64,000 nt of DNA, from positions 37,894,464 through 37,958,463 of the forward strand of contig NC_043011.1 in the NCBI RefSeq assembly GCF_006345805.1, written 5' to 3'. The notes under the pieces were generated by a model that saw only the letters and a program-made list of their open reading frames with translations, had not been told where the DNA came from and ran no database searches. The position numbers were made by a program, and so were the translations under genes. Of this stretch, positions 63,811-64,000 are shown one piece after another (within the stretch, counting starts at the first letter, position 1; the number at the start of each line of letters is the position of its first letter). Source of the stretch: Octopus sinensis. Taxonomy: Eukaryota.

Positions 63811-63908
63811 TGACAATTGATGCCAACTTTTAGGTGGTGAAAATGAGTTACCCTGTGATGACAATTGATGCCAACTTTTAGGTGGTGAAAATGAGTTACC
63901 CTGTGATG
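63811..63908. repeat. Perfect 48-bp tandem duplication
   Basis: TGACAATTGATGCCAACTTTTAGGTGGTGAAAATGAGTTACCCTGTGA x2. Confidence 0.95.
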
Positions 63909-64000
63909 GACTGGCGTCCCATCCAGGTGGCGAATTGATACGCCGTGGAAACCGGGGAACCGACCGTCTTGAGTTGGCTTGTCTCAAGTAGGTAGTCTTT
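63860..64000 (+). mobile_element. SINE family D-related 3' segment
   Basis: CCCTGTGATGGACTGGCGTCCCATCCAGG...GAAACCGGGG, related to 17030-17110. Confidence 0.45.

Overview
AT-rich, microsatellite-saturated eukaryotic DNA, most likely from an octopus. That assignment is inferred from tRNA-derived SINE families I recall from Octopus genomes. No host gene can be named, and nearly all ORFs in the supplied track are artefacts of di- and trinucleotide repeats. The window is intronic or intergenic and filled with mobile-element remains: at least four SINE families (working labels A-D), stacked R4/Dong-type LINE 3' ends separated by (AAT)n/(GAT)n tracts, an RTE fragment, a decayed Tc1, two mariner fragments and several MITE/foldback elements. 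The most striking structure is a 663-bp element at 10406-11068. Its two 193-bp inverted arms differ at only 3 positions, and each carries a structurally complete type I hammerhead ribozyme, so a transcript from either strand would contain one sense ribozyme. Three further decayed hammerhead-like motifs with different palindromic stem III sequences occur elsewhere. Also notable are a 2.8-kb segment bounded by about 360-420-bp inverted repeats, SINE copies sharing one head but carrying three different 3' tails, a locally templated 42-bp insertion, and a chain of short frame-compatible minus-strand exon candidates. Repeat boundaries were read by eye and are approximate unless exact motif coordinates are given.
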